A stretch of 64,000 nucleotides of DNA from Podarcis muralis (lineage: Eukaryota), in contig NC_135662.1 in NCBI RefSeq assembly GCF_964188315.1, positions 7,626,001-7,690,000 of the forward strand. The letters are read 5' to 3'. The position numbers and the translations under genes are program-made. This document shows positions 46,617 to 59,793 of this stretch, in pieces. Under the pieces are notes generated by a model. It saw only the letters and a program-made list of their open reading frames with translations. It made no database searches and was not told where the DNA came from. Position 1 is the stretch's first letter; the number at the start of each line of letters is the position of its first letter.

Positions 46617-47863
46617 CTGAAAGAGAGGTCAGGCAGTAATGTCACATTGTTTCTTATTACGTATAACTCAGTTTTCTTTTTCTTGTGCAGTTCCTAGGAT
46701 TCTGCCCAAAATAGAGCAAGCTTTCTGATATTGGCTCCCTCCTAACCAAGGAGGCTGCTTTTGATGGATGGGAAGCAAACACATGGGGGGCGCAGGGGTT
46801 TACCCAAGTAGTAGTAGCACTTTTAAGAAGCAAACATACTTGATAAACAAATGAATAGATACTCCTGGTGGTGGTGGTTCAGAAGATTTATAACACTCTC
46901 TCCTCCAAATGCCCCAGCCATTTTCCTAGCGCAAGGAAACTGTAGCCTCATACACAGCATGCTCGGAAGACTTAGCAGTCCTCCTTGCCTACCAGGTTCA
47001 TTTCTTCTGTAGTCCTGAGGCTGACAGGAAAATTTCCAAGAGCTGGCAAGAAACCCAAGTAGCTAATGTGAAGAGATCTGGTAATGGGGTAGGGGTGTAA
47101 ATAGTCTTCACTTGTAAGGACCAAGAGTAAGTAAAGTGCTCCACTGACATTCTGAGTGCTGACTCATTGAGTGTCTTATAGAAAGGGGAGAAACGAACTC
47201 TTCAGGGGGATAACTATTGTTCTGTAGTTTCACGCTAAGGGTTTAGTCACTCACCTAACAGAGAAAGGAATTCAAGAATTCAAGAGAGTGTATATGTTTA
47301 TATATTAAGCAGAATCCCCTCGTTGTGTTTGCTTCTAGGAACATGGATATCTGCTCCCTTCGTATTGCCTTAATAAGACCAACTTTCCCAAGGCTTCACT
47401 GATCAATCAGAGGTGAATTCCCCGTGCTGGACTTGGATCACTTGAAATGACCCAGTATATTCTACATACCTCTTAAAATACATTAATTTCATTGTGTCTG
47501 GATACAATGTTTGTTCTCTCCATTGGCAACACCTCAGGAAGTCACCTTCCTGAGTCTGAGTCAGACTATTGGTCTATCAAGATCAGGACTTGTCAAACAG
47601 ACTCTCAGTGCTGCTCTGTAGCATTTTAAAAAGTGGTCTTTCCAACCCTACCTGGAATTAACCTTCTGCAAGCATCACAGCTCTGGCCTCTCCTGTAAAT
47701 GTTTCACCCAACCTTGTGACTAACTGCAGATCAGCAGTCTTCAGAAATGGTGAGTGCAAGAGAACAAGTACACAGCATCTTGCACTGGAATGGCAGGTCC
47801 TAAGGACTTAAGAGAGAGAAAAAAATGTGTCCCCACTCATGCCCCATGGAGAAAATGTAAAAT

Positions 47864-48195
47864 CTTACCAGTCTCACTCAAAGGTGCAAAATGGTCCCTC
47901 CTGTTCTTCATCTGGGTTTAATTTGATTCTCTGCCTCATAGGGCAAGAAGATGCTCTTTAATTGGATATGAAGATCATTATCAGTTCACCAAGGAGGAGG
48001 AGACTATTGTCATATATGTCCCAAAAGGCTACAGTCATGAAGACTAGGTTTGTAATTGGTTCTGGAGGAAGCAGCTCATGTCTCACATACTTTTTTATCT
48101 GTACCAGACAAATGGAATAAATGTAGACCTCAACCCCAGATTTCTAATCAAGGCTGTCTAAGCAAGATAACAACTTCCTGGCCTTTTAACGGCCA
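47864..48195 (-). promoter_or_regulatory. Conserved upstream block, copy 7 (upstream of R6)
   Basis: Donor TG|GTAAGA at 47868; core aaggaggaggagactattgtcat; TTATCT 48095-48100; TAACGG 48187-48192. Confidence 0.65.
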
Positions 48196-48630
48196 AAAGC
48201 ATTTGTCCCTATGTGCCTTTTAATGGGTTGGGGGAGTTGACTATTGGTGGGGAGACATGACTACCTAGGGTGGGAGGGAAGGTTGCTCTTGAGTAGGCCA
48301 ACTAGGTGGAGGGGGGCAAGGAGTCAGAGCCATTTGCTGTGTCCCATGGAAGGGCCCTGATCCACCAGGTCATTCGTCATGCCCCCCTTCATTAGCAGGC
48401 AATTCCATGGTAACCAATGTAATGTTTATTTCTTTTCACTTATTTCATAAAATTTATATACTGCTTGATTGTAAAAAAAGAATAAACAGAAACATCAAGA
48501 AAAATCACAACCATACTTTGAAACATGCAAAAGTTAAAATACTGAAGCAGGTTGAATAGATGCTAAGCTTTGCCATGATATATTGTGTGTAAGGTAATAT
48601 TATTTGAACTCCAGTTAACATTAATATCTA

Positions 48631-48872
48631 AAGTAGTACCTTGGGTTAAGAACTTAATTCGTTCTGGAGGTCCATTCTTAATCTGAAACTTTTCTTAACC
48701 TGAGGTACAACTTTAGCTAATGGGGCCTCCTCCTGCCACTGTGCCGTCGCTGCGCGGTTTCTGTTCTCGTCCTGAGGCAAAGTTCTTAACGTGAGGTACT
48801 ATTTCTGGGTTAGCGGAGTATGTAACCTGACGCGTCTGCAACCTGAAGGGCCTGTAACCCGTGGTACCACTG
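48631..48872. mobile_element. Tigger-like MITE
   Basis: Family TIRs (first base mutated), TA flanks. Confidence 0.85.
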
Positions 48873-49300
48873 TATTTAATATCTATATGAAGCCATTGCA
48901 TGTGTTCGTTAGGAGTTTTGGATCAAGGTGTCAGCACTGTGATGATGTTGACACACAGCTCTCCTTTTCCCTAATGTATGAATTGGGAAAGACTGAAAAC
49001 TTTGAACCAGTGTCTTGATGCAGTAGTGCTCTGGATAAGGGCTGATCAACTGTGTTTGAATTCGAGGACAATGGGGGCTCTTTGGGTGGGGAGGGGTTCC
49101 CCATGTTTTGGAAATTGGCAAGTTCCATGTTCTGAGTGGGATTGCGATCCCCTTTGAAGGAGCCAGTGTGAAGTTTGGGGTAGTTCTGGATTCATCTGTG
49201 TCACTAGATACTCAGATGACCCCTGTCTCCTCCATTCAGAACGCTGGATTGTATTTTGGTTGACACTTGCACAAGGATATTTGCAAGTGATGAGATGTGA
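48873..49300 (+). mobile_element. Degraded L2 RT fragment
   Basis: VFNIYMKPL..VRSFG..CQHCDDVDTQLSFS corresponds to LFNIYMKPL..HQYADDTQLY. Confidence 0.75.
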
Positions 49301-49838
49301 AAGCAAAGTTTGGATTTAAAATGTGCTTTGTTTATTTAACACAGTTAAAGGTCTGCAAATGGGTAACAGTTACTATATAAAGGAATTCCCAACAGCATGA
49401 GCTCCTATACACCTGAGGCATAATGCTGTTGTACCTATCACTTCAAAGTGTTGGGCAAGCTCATTGACTCAGGGACACAGATGAGTTAATTCCCTGCCCG
49501 TAGTCATTTCTTGCAGGTACTTTAACAATGCAGTCCAAACCTAAGATCTGCTGAGATTACGGTCTAAAATTACATTTCATTCATTTTATTCCCCCCCCCC
49601 CACCTGCATATTCCTATACGAAAACCCATGCCCAAAGTGGCTTACAACATCAACAAAACAGGGATGCATTTGAAACAAACCATACAAAAACAATTTCATA
49701 GAACAAAAAACAACAATGTGGTGATAATATCATGATAACATGGGAAACCATATATATAATAACATAAAATAAACCACATGTCAATAGTATAACAAGGTCA
49801 CCAAAACTGCATGTAGCCTCCAACATCATTAATATCTA

Positions 49839-50544
49839 CAGTAGTAACTTGGGTTAAGAACTTAATTCATTCTGGAGGTCCATTCTTTTTTTAAATATTT
49901 TTTTTTATTCAAAATTATAACAAGACATATTATCCAAAAACAGTTCCCTCAGTTCCAGTCTTTGGCTTCTCTAAGAATGCTGTTTTCTGCATGTTACAAA
50001 GTTGTATAGATCCTCAAACAATTTAGCTGATTATTATCAATAAAAGGTTTGTGAATGTTTATTCAAAACCTGCCAAGGAGTCCAGTTCGCTTTCTTGCAT
50101 CTTCAGATACTTTGTAAAGGGTTCCCATTTATCCTTAAAGTCACAGTTATCCTTGTCCCATAGCTTATATGTCAGTTTTGCCAGTTCTGCATAGTCCATT
50201 AATTTTACTTGCCATTATTCTTTAGTTGGGGTTTCTTCAGTCTTCCATCCTTGTGCTACCAGAACTTTTGCAGCCGTTGTCGCATACATGAAGATGTTTT
50301 TCAACTCTTTTGGTAGGTCTTTCCCTATGATCCCCCTGGAGGTCCATTCTTAACCTGAAACTTTTCTTAACCTGAGGTACCACTTTAGCTAATGGGGCCT
50401 CCCGCTGCTGTTGTGCTGCCGGAGCAAGATTTCTGTTGTCGTCCTGAAGCAAAGTTCTTAACGTGAGGTACTATTTGTGGGTTAGCAGAGTATGTAAGCT
50501 GAAGGGTCTGCAACCTGAAGCGTCTGTAACCCGTGATACCACTG
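49839..50544. mobile_element. Tigger-like MITE interrupted by an L1 insertion
   Basis: TIRs at 49839 and 50544; interior split at the duplicated CTGGAGGTCCATTC. Confidence 0.85.
49886..50335 (-). mobile_element. 5'-truncated L1 (ORF2 C-terminus and 3' UTR)
   Basis: GIIGKDLPKELKNIFMYATTAAKVLVAQGWKTEETPTKE*WQVKLMDYAELAKLTY..KDKWEPFTKYL; A-rich tail; 14-bp TSD (49872-49885 and 50336-50349). Confidence 0.92.
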
Positions 50545-50990
50545 TATTTAATATCTGTATGAAGCCATTGGATGTGTTCATTAGGAGTTTTAGATCAAGG
50601 GGTCAGCACTGTGATGATGTTGACACACAGCTCTCCTTTTCCCTAACATATGAATTGGGAAAGACTGTGAAAGCTTTGAACCAATGTCTTGATGCAGTAG
50701 TGGTCTGGATGAGGGCTGATCAACTGTGTTTGAATTCGAGGACAATGGGGGCTCTTTGGGTGGGGAGGGGTTCCCCATGTTTTGGAAACTGGCAAGTTCC
50801 CTATTCTGAGTGGGATTGCGATCCCCTTTGAAGGAGCCAGTGTGAAGTTTGGGGATTCTTCTGGATTCCTCTGTGTCACTAGATGCTCAGATGTCCTCTG
50901 TCTCCCCCATTCAGAACCCTGGATCATATTTTGGTTGACACATGTGCCGGGACATTTGCAAGTGATGAGACGTGAAGGCAATGTTTGGAC
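50545..50990 (+). mobile_element. Degraded L2 RT fragment (duplicate)
   Basis: Paralogous to 48873-49300. Confidence 0.75.
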
Positions 50991-52019
50991 TTGAAATGTG
51001 CTTTGTTTATTTAACACAGTTAAAGATCTACAAATTGGTAATAGATACTATATAAAGGTATTTCCAATGGCATGGTCTCCTATACATCTGAGGCATAATG
51101 TTCTTGTACCTATCACTTTAAAGTGTTTGGCAAGCTCCATTGACGCAGGGACACAGATTAGTTAATTCCCTGCCCGTAGTCATTTCTTGCAGGTACATTA
51201 GCAATGCAATCCAAACCTAAGATCTGCCAAGATTACGGACTAAAATTACATTTAATTCATTTTATCCTCTCTCCCCCCCCCCCATATTCCCATACGAAAA
51301 CCCTTGCCCAAAGTGGCTTACAACAACAACAAAACAGGGATGCATTTCAAACAAGACATACAAAAACAATTTTATAATAACAAAACAACAACATAGTGAT
51401 AATATCATGATAACATGGGGAAACAGATATGTAATAAAATAAAATAAATGACATGTCAATACTATAACAAGGTCACCTAAACAGCGTGTAGCCTCCAACA
51501 TCAAAAATAACAAGGGAGCTTCCCAGTAACTCTCTCATTCAACGGTATATTTTTTTACAACCTAGAGACTAAGGTTGGATGAGCAATCTTCAGATTTTTT
51601 GAACACAAGACAAGAGAAAGCTGCTAGGATGGCAGGTGCGAAGGACTTGTGGTGAAAAATGCGGTACCAGTTGTGTCCCAAAGAAGAATGTAAAATTTTT
51701 CTATTCTCAGTTCAAGTTGTACAGATGATTCCAGCCAATCTTTGTCTTGTCTATTTCAGCTTGTGCACTACAGGTGCACAGCGTGGAGCATTTTGAGCTG
51801 TAGGGCTTTATATCTCCATGGCCAACATTTCAGGTGCTGTATACCATGCGTGGGGAGGACACAGAAGAAAAAATGGGAGAAGAAAAAGCATGACTCCTGC
51901 CTTTGTAGAGTAGGATACATTTCAACTGCACAAACCTCAAAATTGTCAACAAAATCCAATCCTCTTTTTCTGGTGAGCAATAGTCATCAATGCACTCCAA
52001 GGACAAAGACAAAGAACTC

Positions 52020-53021
52020 TTACGAAAGGTTCCTAAGTGGGATCGAACAAGGAGGGTCCATTTCTTGTCTGTCATTCTCCTCCTCATTCAAAACCCGCTG
52101 GAGGATGACCAGTAGACCCTCCCTAGATTGACCACCCTTCCTCCTCCCAACCAAAAAATAAAGCAAGGGGTTCACACTGCTGTTGAGGGAGGCACACAAA
52201 TAGGCATAATGGAATGGAACGGGAATTTTCAGGCGTAAAATTAATCCAAAGAAAAGAATGACATTGAGTGGAAAAGCAAACATGAGGAAGAAGAGGAGTG
52301 TAAGTAAAATAACTATTAAAAGCCTTCCCTGCTTTCGTGGGTGTGATTTAAAACAGACTTTGATGAAAAGGATCACAGTTGAAATTGTCATGAGTGGGAG
52401 GCAAAGCAGTCCAGTCAAGAGAAATTGAATATATATTGTGAGGATACAATGATAGATGTTATCTGGTATAAGGGGAAATATTTCTCTGATAATGTAGAGG
52501 ACTATGGAGAGCAGAAAGGAGAGGACCCATATGAGGGCACACACAGTGGTGGACAAATGGGTCGGCCGGACACACCGATGCCAAATTGGGAAGAGGACAG
52601 ACACACATCTGTCAATGCTGATGGCTGTCAGAAGAAGTTGCCCAGTGTTGTATGTGAAAGATAAGAGACAAAAAGCAATACTATCAAGAAAATAATCAGG
52701 AAACCTAATAAAAGCACAGAACTGTAGGCTCAGGAGGAATGCAAAGTCAGCAACCGCCAAATTAAGGATGTAGGTGGTGAATGGTTTCCTTCTAATGCGG
52801 AAACCAAGAAGCCAGATCACAGTTCCATTCCCCAAAAATCCCACACAGCAGATAACTAAAATGAAGACATTTATTATAGATTCTTCATATTCCTCATATT
52901 GGAAATTTCCTTGGTCATTATATGAGCTATTATAAGTGTCATTATACTATTTATATGTCACAGAAACGGCAGCAGATTGCAAAGTCCCATTGATATGTGT
53001 CTCCATGCTGAATGACGGCAT
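52020..53021 (-). pseudogene. MAS-related GPCR R7: full-length 333-codon frame with a premature TAG at codon 25
   Basis: ATG at 53021, MPSFSMETHINGTLQSAAVSVTYK*YNDT; TAG at 52947-52949 where R5, R6 and R8 have GAG. The rest of the frame is open. The track start 52844 is a GTG in TM1. Confidence 0.9.
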
Positions 53022-53569
53022 GTGAAAATCTTGCCTCCTCTTCTGGAGCAGAAGTTTCCTCTAGGAAATGGAAAATATCACAAAGATGTCTGACTCAGCT
53101 GGAATTCTGTGCAAAACCCATAATTGTGAGAGCCAGGAGCCCATTGAACAACACATAAACCCACAACATCTGTCTATCAAGCCAAAAGTCATATATGTGC
53201 AGTTCTTTGCAATATAAATGAATCCCCCACATGGGCCACACCCCTCTGGATTTTTTCTCATTGAGCTTTTTTTGGACTTTAGTGAATTACTTTACCTGGA
53301 AACTGGGTTTGATTGGTGCCAAGAGAAGAAGTCAGTAGAGCATTCCCTCGTCATCTGGCATTATTGTCTGATATGTAATGTCTCTCCAGAATTGGGGTTC
53401 AATCATATTTCTTTTGCTATTGCCAAGCTCATCTTTCCTGCTTAGGAAGAGATATCAGTAAGGATGAAGGAGATGAGCTGAGACAGAATGAGAAAGAGAC
53501 CACCTTGTTTAGCGAAAGATTGATATAAAGTTGTATAGCAGTGAATTTCACTTACCTACTGCACATTCA

Positions 53570-53924
53570 GGGACGCAGGTGGCGCTGTGGGTTAAAGCCT
53601 CAGCACCTAGGACTTGCCGATCGAAAGGTCGGCGGTTCGAATCCCTGCGGCGGGGTGCGCTCCTGTCGTTCGGTCCCAGTGCCTGCCAACCTAGCAGTTC
53701 GAAAGCACCTTCGGGTGCAAGTAGATAAATAGGGACCGCTTACTAGCGGGAAGGTAAACGGTGTTCTGTGTGCTGCGCTGGCTTGCCAGAGCAGCGATGT
53801 CACGCTGGCCATGTGACCCGGAAGTGTCTGCGGACAGCACTGGCTCCCGGCCTATAGAGTGAGATGAGCGCACAACCCTAGAGTCTGGCAAGACTGGCCC
53901 GTACGGGCAGGGGTACCTTTACCT
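53570..53924 (+). mobile_element. Sauria SINE inserted in the predicted 5' UTR exon of R7
   Basis: 13-bp TSD TACTGCACATTCA (53557-53569 and 53925-53937); empty sites at about 46533, 61331 and 61706. Confidence 0.96.
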
Positions 53925-55195
53925 TACTGCACATTCATCCAGGTGGGTGAGGCTATCTTCCAATGCAATAAGAGCAGGCTAGGAATGAATGAGTGTGTGC
54001 AGCAGGTTCTGAAAGAGAGGTCAGGCAGTAATGGCATATTGTTTCTTATTACATATAATTCAGTTCTCTTTTTGTAGTTCAGTTCCTAGGATTCTCCCCA
54101 AAATAGAGCAAGCTTTCTGATATGTCTATATTGGCTCCCCCCTAACCAAGGAGGCTGTTTTTGACAGATGGGAAGCAAACATGTGGGGGAGGGGCAGCTG
54201 TTTACCCAAGTAGTAGTAGCACCTTTAAGAAGCAAACATACTTGATAGATAAACAAATGAACAGATACCCCTGGTGGTGCTGATTCAGGAGATTTATATT
54301 ACTCTCCCTTCCACATGTCCCACCCATTTTCCTAGTGCAAGGAAACTGAGCATTAGCACTCGGGCTGTTGCTTTAGCTGCAGTTGAGAGCTGGTGGCATC
54401 ACACCTTCCTGGCTTTCAGCTTGGCCTTAATCCAGGCAGCTGTTTACATCTACATACGCAATGTATGTAGACTCATACACAACATGCTGGGAAGACTCAG
54501 CAGTCCTCCTTGCCTACCAGATTCTCCTCTCCTGTAGTCCTGGGGTGATGGGGAAATTTCCAAGAACTTGAGAGCTGGTGGCATCACACCTTCGTGGCTT
54601 TCAGCTTGGCCCTACTCCAGGCACCTGTTTACGTCTACATCCCCTTCCTCCACAGTAGCCTCACACAATATGCTGGGAAGACTTCGCAGTCCTCCTTGCC
54701 TGCCAGATTCTCCTCTCCTGTAGTCCTGGGGTGATGGGGAAATTTCCAAGAACTGGCAAGAAACCCAAGTAAATAGTGTGGAGAATTCTGATGATGGGGT
54801 AGGGATGTAACTAATCTTCACTTGTAAGGACCAAGAGTAAGGAAAGTGCTCTACTGGCATTCTGAGTGTTGACTCAATGAGTGTCTTATAGAAAAGGGAG
54901 AAACGAACTCTTCAGGGGGATAACTATTGTTCTGTGGCTTCACACTAAGGATTTAGTCACTCACAGAACAGAGGAAGGAATTCAAGAATTAAAGAGAGTG
55001 TATATGTTTATATATTAAGCGGAATCCCCTCATTGTATGTGCTTCTAGGAACATGGATATCTGCTCCCTTCATATTGCTTTAATAAGACCAACTTTCCCA
55101 AGAATTCCATGATCAATCAGAGGTGAATTGCCTGCACTGGACTTGGATCACTTGAAATTACCCAGTCTATTCTGTGTACTTGTTAAAATACATTA

Positions 55196-55431
55196 CAGTA
55201 CAGATTAAGTACTTAATTTGTTCCCGAGGTCCATTCTTAACCTGAAACTGTTCTTAACCTGAAACACCACTTTAGCTAATGGGGCCCCCTGCTGCTGCCG
55301 CCCCACTGGCGCACGATTTCTGTTCTCATCCTGAAGCAAAGTTCTGAACCCAAGGTACTATTTTTGGGTTAGCGGAGTCTGTACCCTAAAGAATATGTAA
55401 CCAGAAGCGTAAGTAACCCAAGGTACCACTG
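55196..55431. mobile_element. Tigger-like MITE shared by units D and E
   Basis: TA-flanked; empty site (aatacattaatttcattgtg) in unit C at about 47480-47495. Confidence 0.88.
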
Positions 55432-55814
55432 TAATCTCATTGTGTCTGGATATCATATTTGCTCTCTCCCTTGGCAAAACCTCAGGAAGTCACCTTCCTG
55501 AGTCTGAGTTAGACTATTGGTTTATCAAGATCAGGACTTGTCAAACAGACTCTCAGTGCCACTCTGTAGCATTTTTAAAAGTGGTCTTTTCAACCCTACC
55601 TGGAGGTGCCGGGAATCAACCTTCTGCAAGCACCACAGCTATGGCCTTTCCTGTGAATGTTTCACCCAACCTTCTGACTAACTGCAGATCAGCAGTCTTC
55701 AGAGATGGTGAGTGCAAGAGAACAAGGACACAACAACTATGACTGGAATGGCAGGTCCATGCACTTAAGAGAGAAAATATGGTCCCACTCATGCCCCAGG
55801 GGAAAATGATAAAT

Positions 55815-56145
55815 CTTACCAGTTTCACTCAGAGGTGCAAAACGGTCCGTCCTGTTCTTCATCTGGGTTTAATTTGATTCTTTGCCTCATAGGGCAAGAA
55901 GATGCTCTTTAATTGGATATGAGATAATTATCAGTTCACCAAGGAGGAGGAGACTATTGTCATATATCTCCCAAAAGGCTACTGTCATGAAGACTAGGTT
56001 TGTAATTGGTTCTGGACGAAGCAGCTCATGTCTCACATACTTCTTTATCTGTACCAGACAAATGGAATAAATCAAGACCTCATCTCCAGATTTCTAATCA
56101 AGGCTGTCTAAGCAAGATAACAACTTCCTGGCCCTTTAACGGCCA
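55815..56145 (-). promoter_or_regulatory. Conserved upstream block, copy 8 (upstream of R7)
   Basis: Donor at 55819; AGATAA 55922-55927; TTATCT 56045-56050; TAACGG 56137-56142. Confidence 0.65.
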
Positions 56146-56576
56146 AAAGCATTTGTCCCTATGTGCCTTTTATTGGTTGGGGGAGTTGACTATTGGTGGG
56201 GAGACATGACTACCTAGGGTGGGATAGAAGGTTGCTTTTGAGTAGGCCAACTAGGTGGAGGGGGGCAAGGAGTCAGAGCCATTTGCTGTGACCCATGGAA
56301 GGGCCCTGATCCACCAGGTCATCCATCATTAGCAGGCAATTCCATAGTAACCAATGTAATGTTTATTTCTTTTCACTTATTTCATAAAATTTCAATTAAA
56401 AAACACACACACCCCAAAGCAGCTTACAAAAGAATGAACAGAAAAATCACGAAAAATCACAACCATACTTTAAAACATGCAAAAGTTAAAATACTGAAAC
56501 AGATTTAATAGATGCTAAGCTATGATATATTGTGTTTGCGGTAATATTATTTGAACTCCAATTATATTAATATCTA

Positions 56577-56785
56577 CAGTAGTACCTCGGGTTAAGAACT
56601 TAATTCATTCCGGACGGCCATTCTTAACCTGAAACTGTTCTTAACCTGACGTACCACTTTAGCTAATGCGATTTCTGTTCTCATCCTGAAGCAAAGTTCT
56701 TAACTGAGGTACTATTTCTGGGTTACCGGAGTCTGTAACCTGAAGTGTCTGTAACCTGAAGCATCTTTAATCCAAGGTACCACTG
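56577..56785. mobile_element. Tigger-like MITE
   Basis: Same insertion site as the 48631 copy. Confidence 0.85.
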
Positions 56786-57235
56786 CATTTAACATATATA
56801 TGAAGCCATTGGATGTGGTCATTATGAGTTTTGGAGCAAGGTGTCAGCACTATGATGATGTTGACATATAGCTCTACTTTCCCATAACATATGAATTGGG
56901 AAGGACTCTGAAAACTTTGAACCAGCTTCTTGATGCAGTAGTGGTCTGGATGAGGGCTGATCAACTGTGTTTGAATTCGAGGACAATGAGGGCTCTTTGG
57001 GTGGGGAGGGGTTCCCCATGTTTTGGAAACTGGCAAGTTCCCTGTTCTGAGTGGAATCGTGATCCCCTTTGAAGGAGCCAGTGTGAAGTTTGGGGGTAGT
57101 TCTGGATTCATCTGTGCCATTGGATGCTCAGATGTCCCCTGTCTCCTCCATTCAGAACGCTGGATTGTATTTTGGTTAACTCTTGCACCAGGACATTCGC
57201 AAGTGATGAGATGTGAAAGCAGTGTTTGGATTTAA
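56786..57235 (+). mobile_element. Degraded L2 RT fragment (duplicate)
   Basis: Paralogous to 48873-49300. Confidence 0.72.
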
Positions 57236-57565
57236 AATGTGTCAGGCTTATTTAACACTGTTAAAGTTCTGCAAATGGGTAACAGTTACTATATAAAGGA
57301 ATTCCCAACAGCATGATCTCCTATACATCTGAGGCATAATGTAGCTGTACCTATCACTTCAAAGTGTTGGTCAAGCTCCAGAGTAGTTTATTCCCTGCTC
57401 ATAGTCATTCCTTGGAGGTACATTTACAGTACAATCCAAACCCAAAGTCTGCCAGGATTAATGAGTTTAAAATTTCTTTCCATTCATTTTGTTTTTCCCC
57501 ATTTTCAGACACAAAAACCCAAGCCCAAAATGTCTTACAAAAAAAGACAGAAACAGGGATACAGT

Positions 57566-57568
<3 letters not shown>

Positions 57569-57620
<52 letters not shown>
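57569..57620. repeat. (AC)n microsatellite at an internal duplication junction
   Basis: Direct read; the sequence after it restarts as a copy of about 56145-56330. Confidence 0.95.
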
Positions 57621-57621
<1 letters not shown>

Positions 57622-57806
57622 AAAAAGCATTTGTCTTTTATTGGGTGGGGAAGGTGACTATTGGTGGGGAGACATGATTGCCTACGGCAGAGTGGGGGTT
57701 GCTCTTGAGTACCCAAGTATGTGGAGGTTCCAAGGAGTCAGAGCCATTTGCTGTGATCCGTGGAAGGGAGCTGATCCACCCGGTCACCCATCTCTCCTCT
57801 TTAATG

Positions 57807-57852
<46 letters not shown>

Positions 57853-57887
57853 CCCAGCCACTCTGGGTGGCACCCAGCAGAATACTG

Positions 57888-57932
<45 letters not shown>

Positions 57933-58190
57933 AAATGACAAGATATCGAACATTAAAAAATCCCTGAACAGGACTGGATTCAGATGTCTTCTAAAAGTCA
58001 GATACTCATATATTTCCTTGACACATGTTCGGAGGTTGTTCCATAGGGCAGGCGCCACTACAGAGAAGGCCCTCTGCCTGGTTCCCTGTAACCTCACTTC
58101 TGGCAGTGAGGGAATTCCCAGATGACCCTCGGAGTAGAACCTCAGTGTCTGGGCAGAACGATGGGGATGGAGACGCTCTTTCAGGTAATC
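57807..58190 (-). mobile_element. L2 3' end with (AAT)n and (TAC)n tracts
   Basis: YLKERLHPHRSAQTLRFYSEGHLGIPSLPEVRLQGTRQRAFSVVAPALWN. Confidence 0.88.
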
Positions 58191-58304
58191 AGCAGGCAAT
58201 TCAATGGTTAGAATACTGAAGCAGATCAAATATATGCTAAGCTTCTTCACATGATATATTGTCCTTACGATCATATTATTTGAACTCCAGTTAACATTAA
58301 TATC

Positions 58305-58740
58305 TATTTAATATCTATATGGAGCCATTGGATGAGGTCATTAGGAGTTTTGGAGCAAGGTATCCACAGTGCGATATGATGTTAACACAGAACTCTCCTT
58401 TTCCATAACATATGAATCGGGAAAGGCTATGAAAGCTTTGAACCAGTGTATAGATGGAGTCATGGACTGGATGAGGGTTGATCAACTGTCTTTGAATTCC
58501 AGGAAGATTGGGCTCTTTGGGTGGGTGGTCCCCATTTTTTGGAAATTGGCAAGCTCCCTTTTCTGAGTGTTGTTGCACTCAGTTTGAGGGAGCGAGTGTA
58601 AAGTTTTGGGGTACTTTGGGTACAACTCTGTCACTAGATGCTCAGATGTCCTCTGTGTCCACCGTTCACAACCCTGCATGATATCTTGGTTGACTCTTGC
58701 GCCAGGACATTTGCAAGTCATGAGACGTGAAAACAATGCT
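58305..58740 (+). mobile_element. Degraded L2 RT fragment (duplicate lacking the MITE)
   Basis: Paralogous to 48873-49300; empty MITE site aatatctatttaatatc. Confidence 0.72.
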
Positions 58741-59793
58741 TGGATTAAAATGAGAAGTGTTTACTTAACACAACTACTGTAAAGGTCTGCAAATGGGTAA
58801 CAGTTACTATATAAAGGAATTTCCAATGGCATGAGCTCCTATACATCTGACGCATAATGTTCTTGTACCTGTCACTTCAAAATGTTGGCCAAGCTCCATT
58901 GACTCAGGGGAACAGATTAGTTAATTCCCTTCCCGTAGTCATTTCTTGCAGGTACGTTAACAATGCAATCCAAACCCAAGATTTGCCGAGATTACGGAGT
59001 AAAAAAAATCATTTCATTCACTTTATCCCCACCGCCATATTCCCATATGAAAACCCATGCTCAAAGTGGCTTACAACAACAAAACAGGGATGCATTTCAA
59101 ACAAACCATACAAAAACAATTTATTAATAATAAAAAACAACAACATAGCGATAATACTATGATAACATCGGAAAACAAATATATAATTGCATAAAATAAA
59201 CCACATGTCAATAGTATAACAAAGTCATCTAAACAGCATGTAGCCTCCAACATCAAAAAGAACAAGGGAGTTTCCCAATAACTCTCTCATTCAAAGGTAT
59301 ATTTTTTTTACACCCTTGAGACTAAGGTTGGATGAGCAATCTTCAGATTTCTTGAGCACAAAACAAGAGCAGCCTGCTGGGATGGCAGGTGTGAAGGACA
59401 TATGGAAAAAATGTGGTACCAGTTGTGTCCCAAAGAAGTATGTACAATTTACAATTTACAATTTTTCTATTCTCATTCCAAGTTGTACAGATGATTCCAG
59501 CCGATCTTTGTCTTGACTATTTCAGCTTGTGAAATATAGGTGCACAATGTGGAGCATTTTGAGCTATAGGGCTTTATATCTCCATGGTCAACATTTCAGG
59601 GGCTGCATACCATTGGGGGGGGGGACACAGAAGAAGAAAGATTGAGATAATAAAAGACATGATTCCTCCCTTTGTAAAGTAGGATACATTTCAGCTACAC
59701 AAACCTCAAAATTGTCAACAAAACCCAATCCTCTTTTTCTGGTGAGCAATAGTCATCAATGCAGTCCAAGGACAAAATACAGCCAAAGAACTC

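Larger units (their letters stand above)
46000..53050. repeat. Tandem duplication unit C (R6 upstream region through R7)
   Basis: Landmarks recur in the same order at 46.5/53.9/61.7, 47.3/55.0/62.6 and 48.2/56.1/63.7 kb. Confidence 0.88.

Noticed and set aside
47250-47320. Minus-strand TATATAAA with a nearby NF-kB-like GGGGATTC motif and donor
   Set aside because: It would give an exon of about 20 nt, and the donor context is weaker in units D and E. The block near 47.9 kb is the better-supported start.
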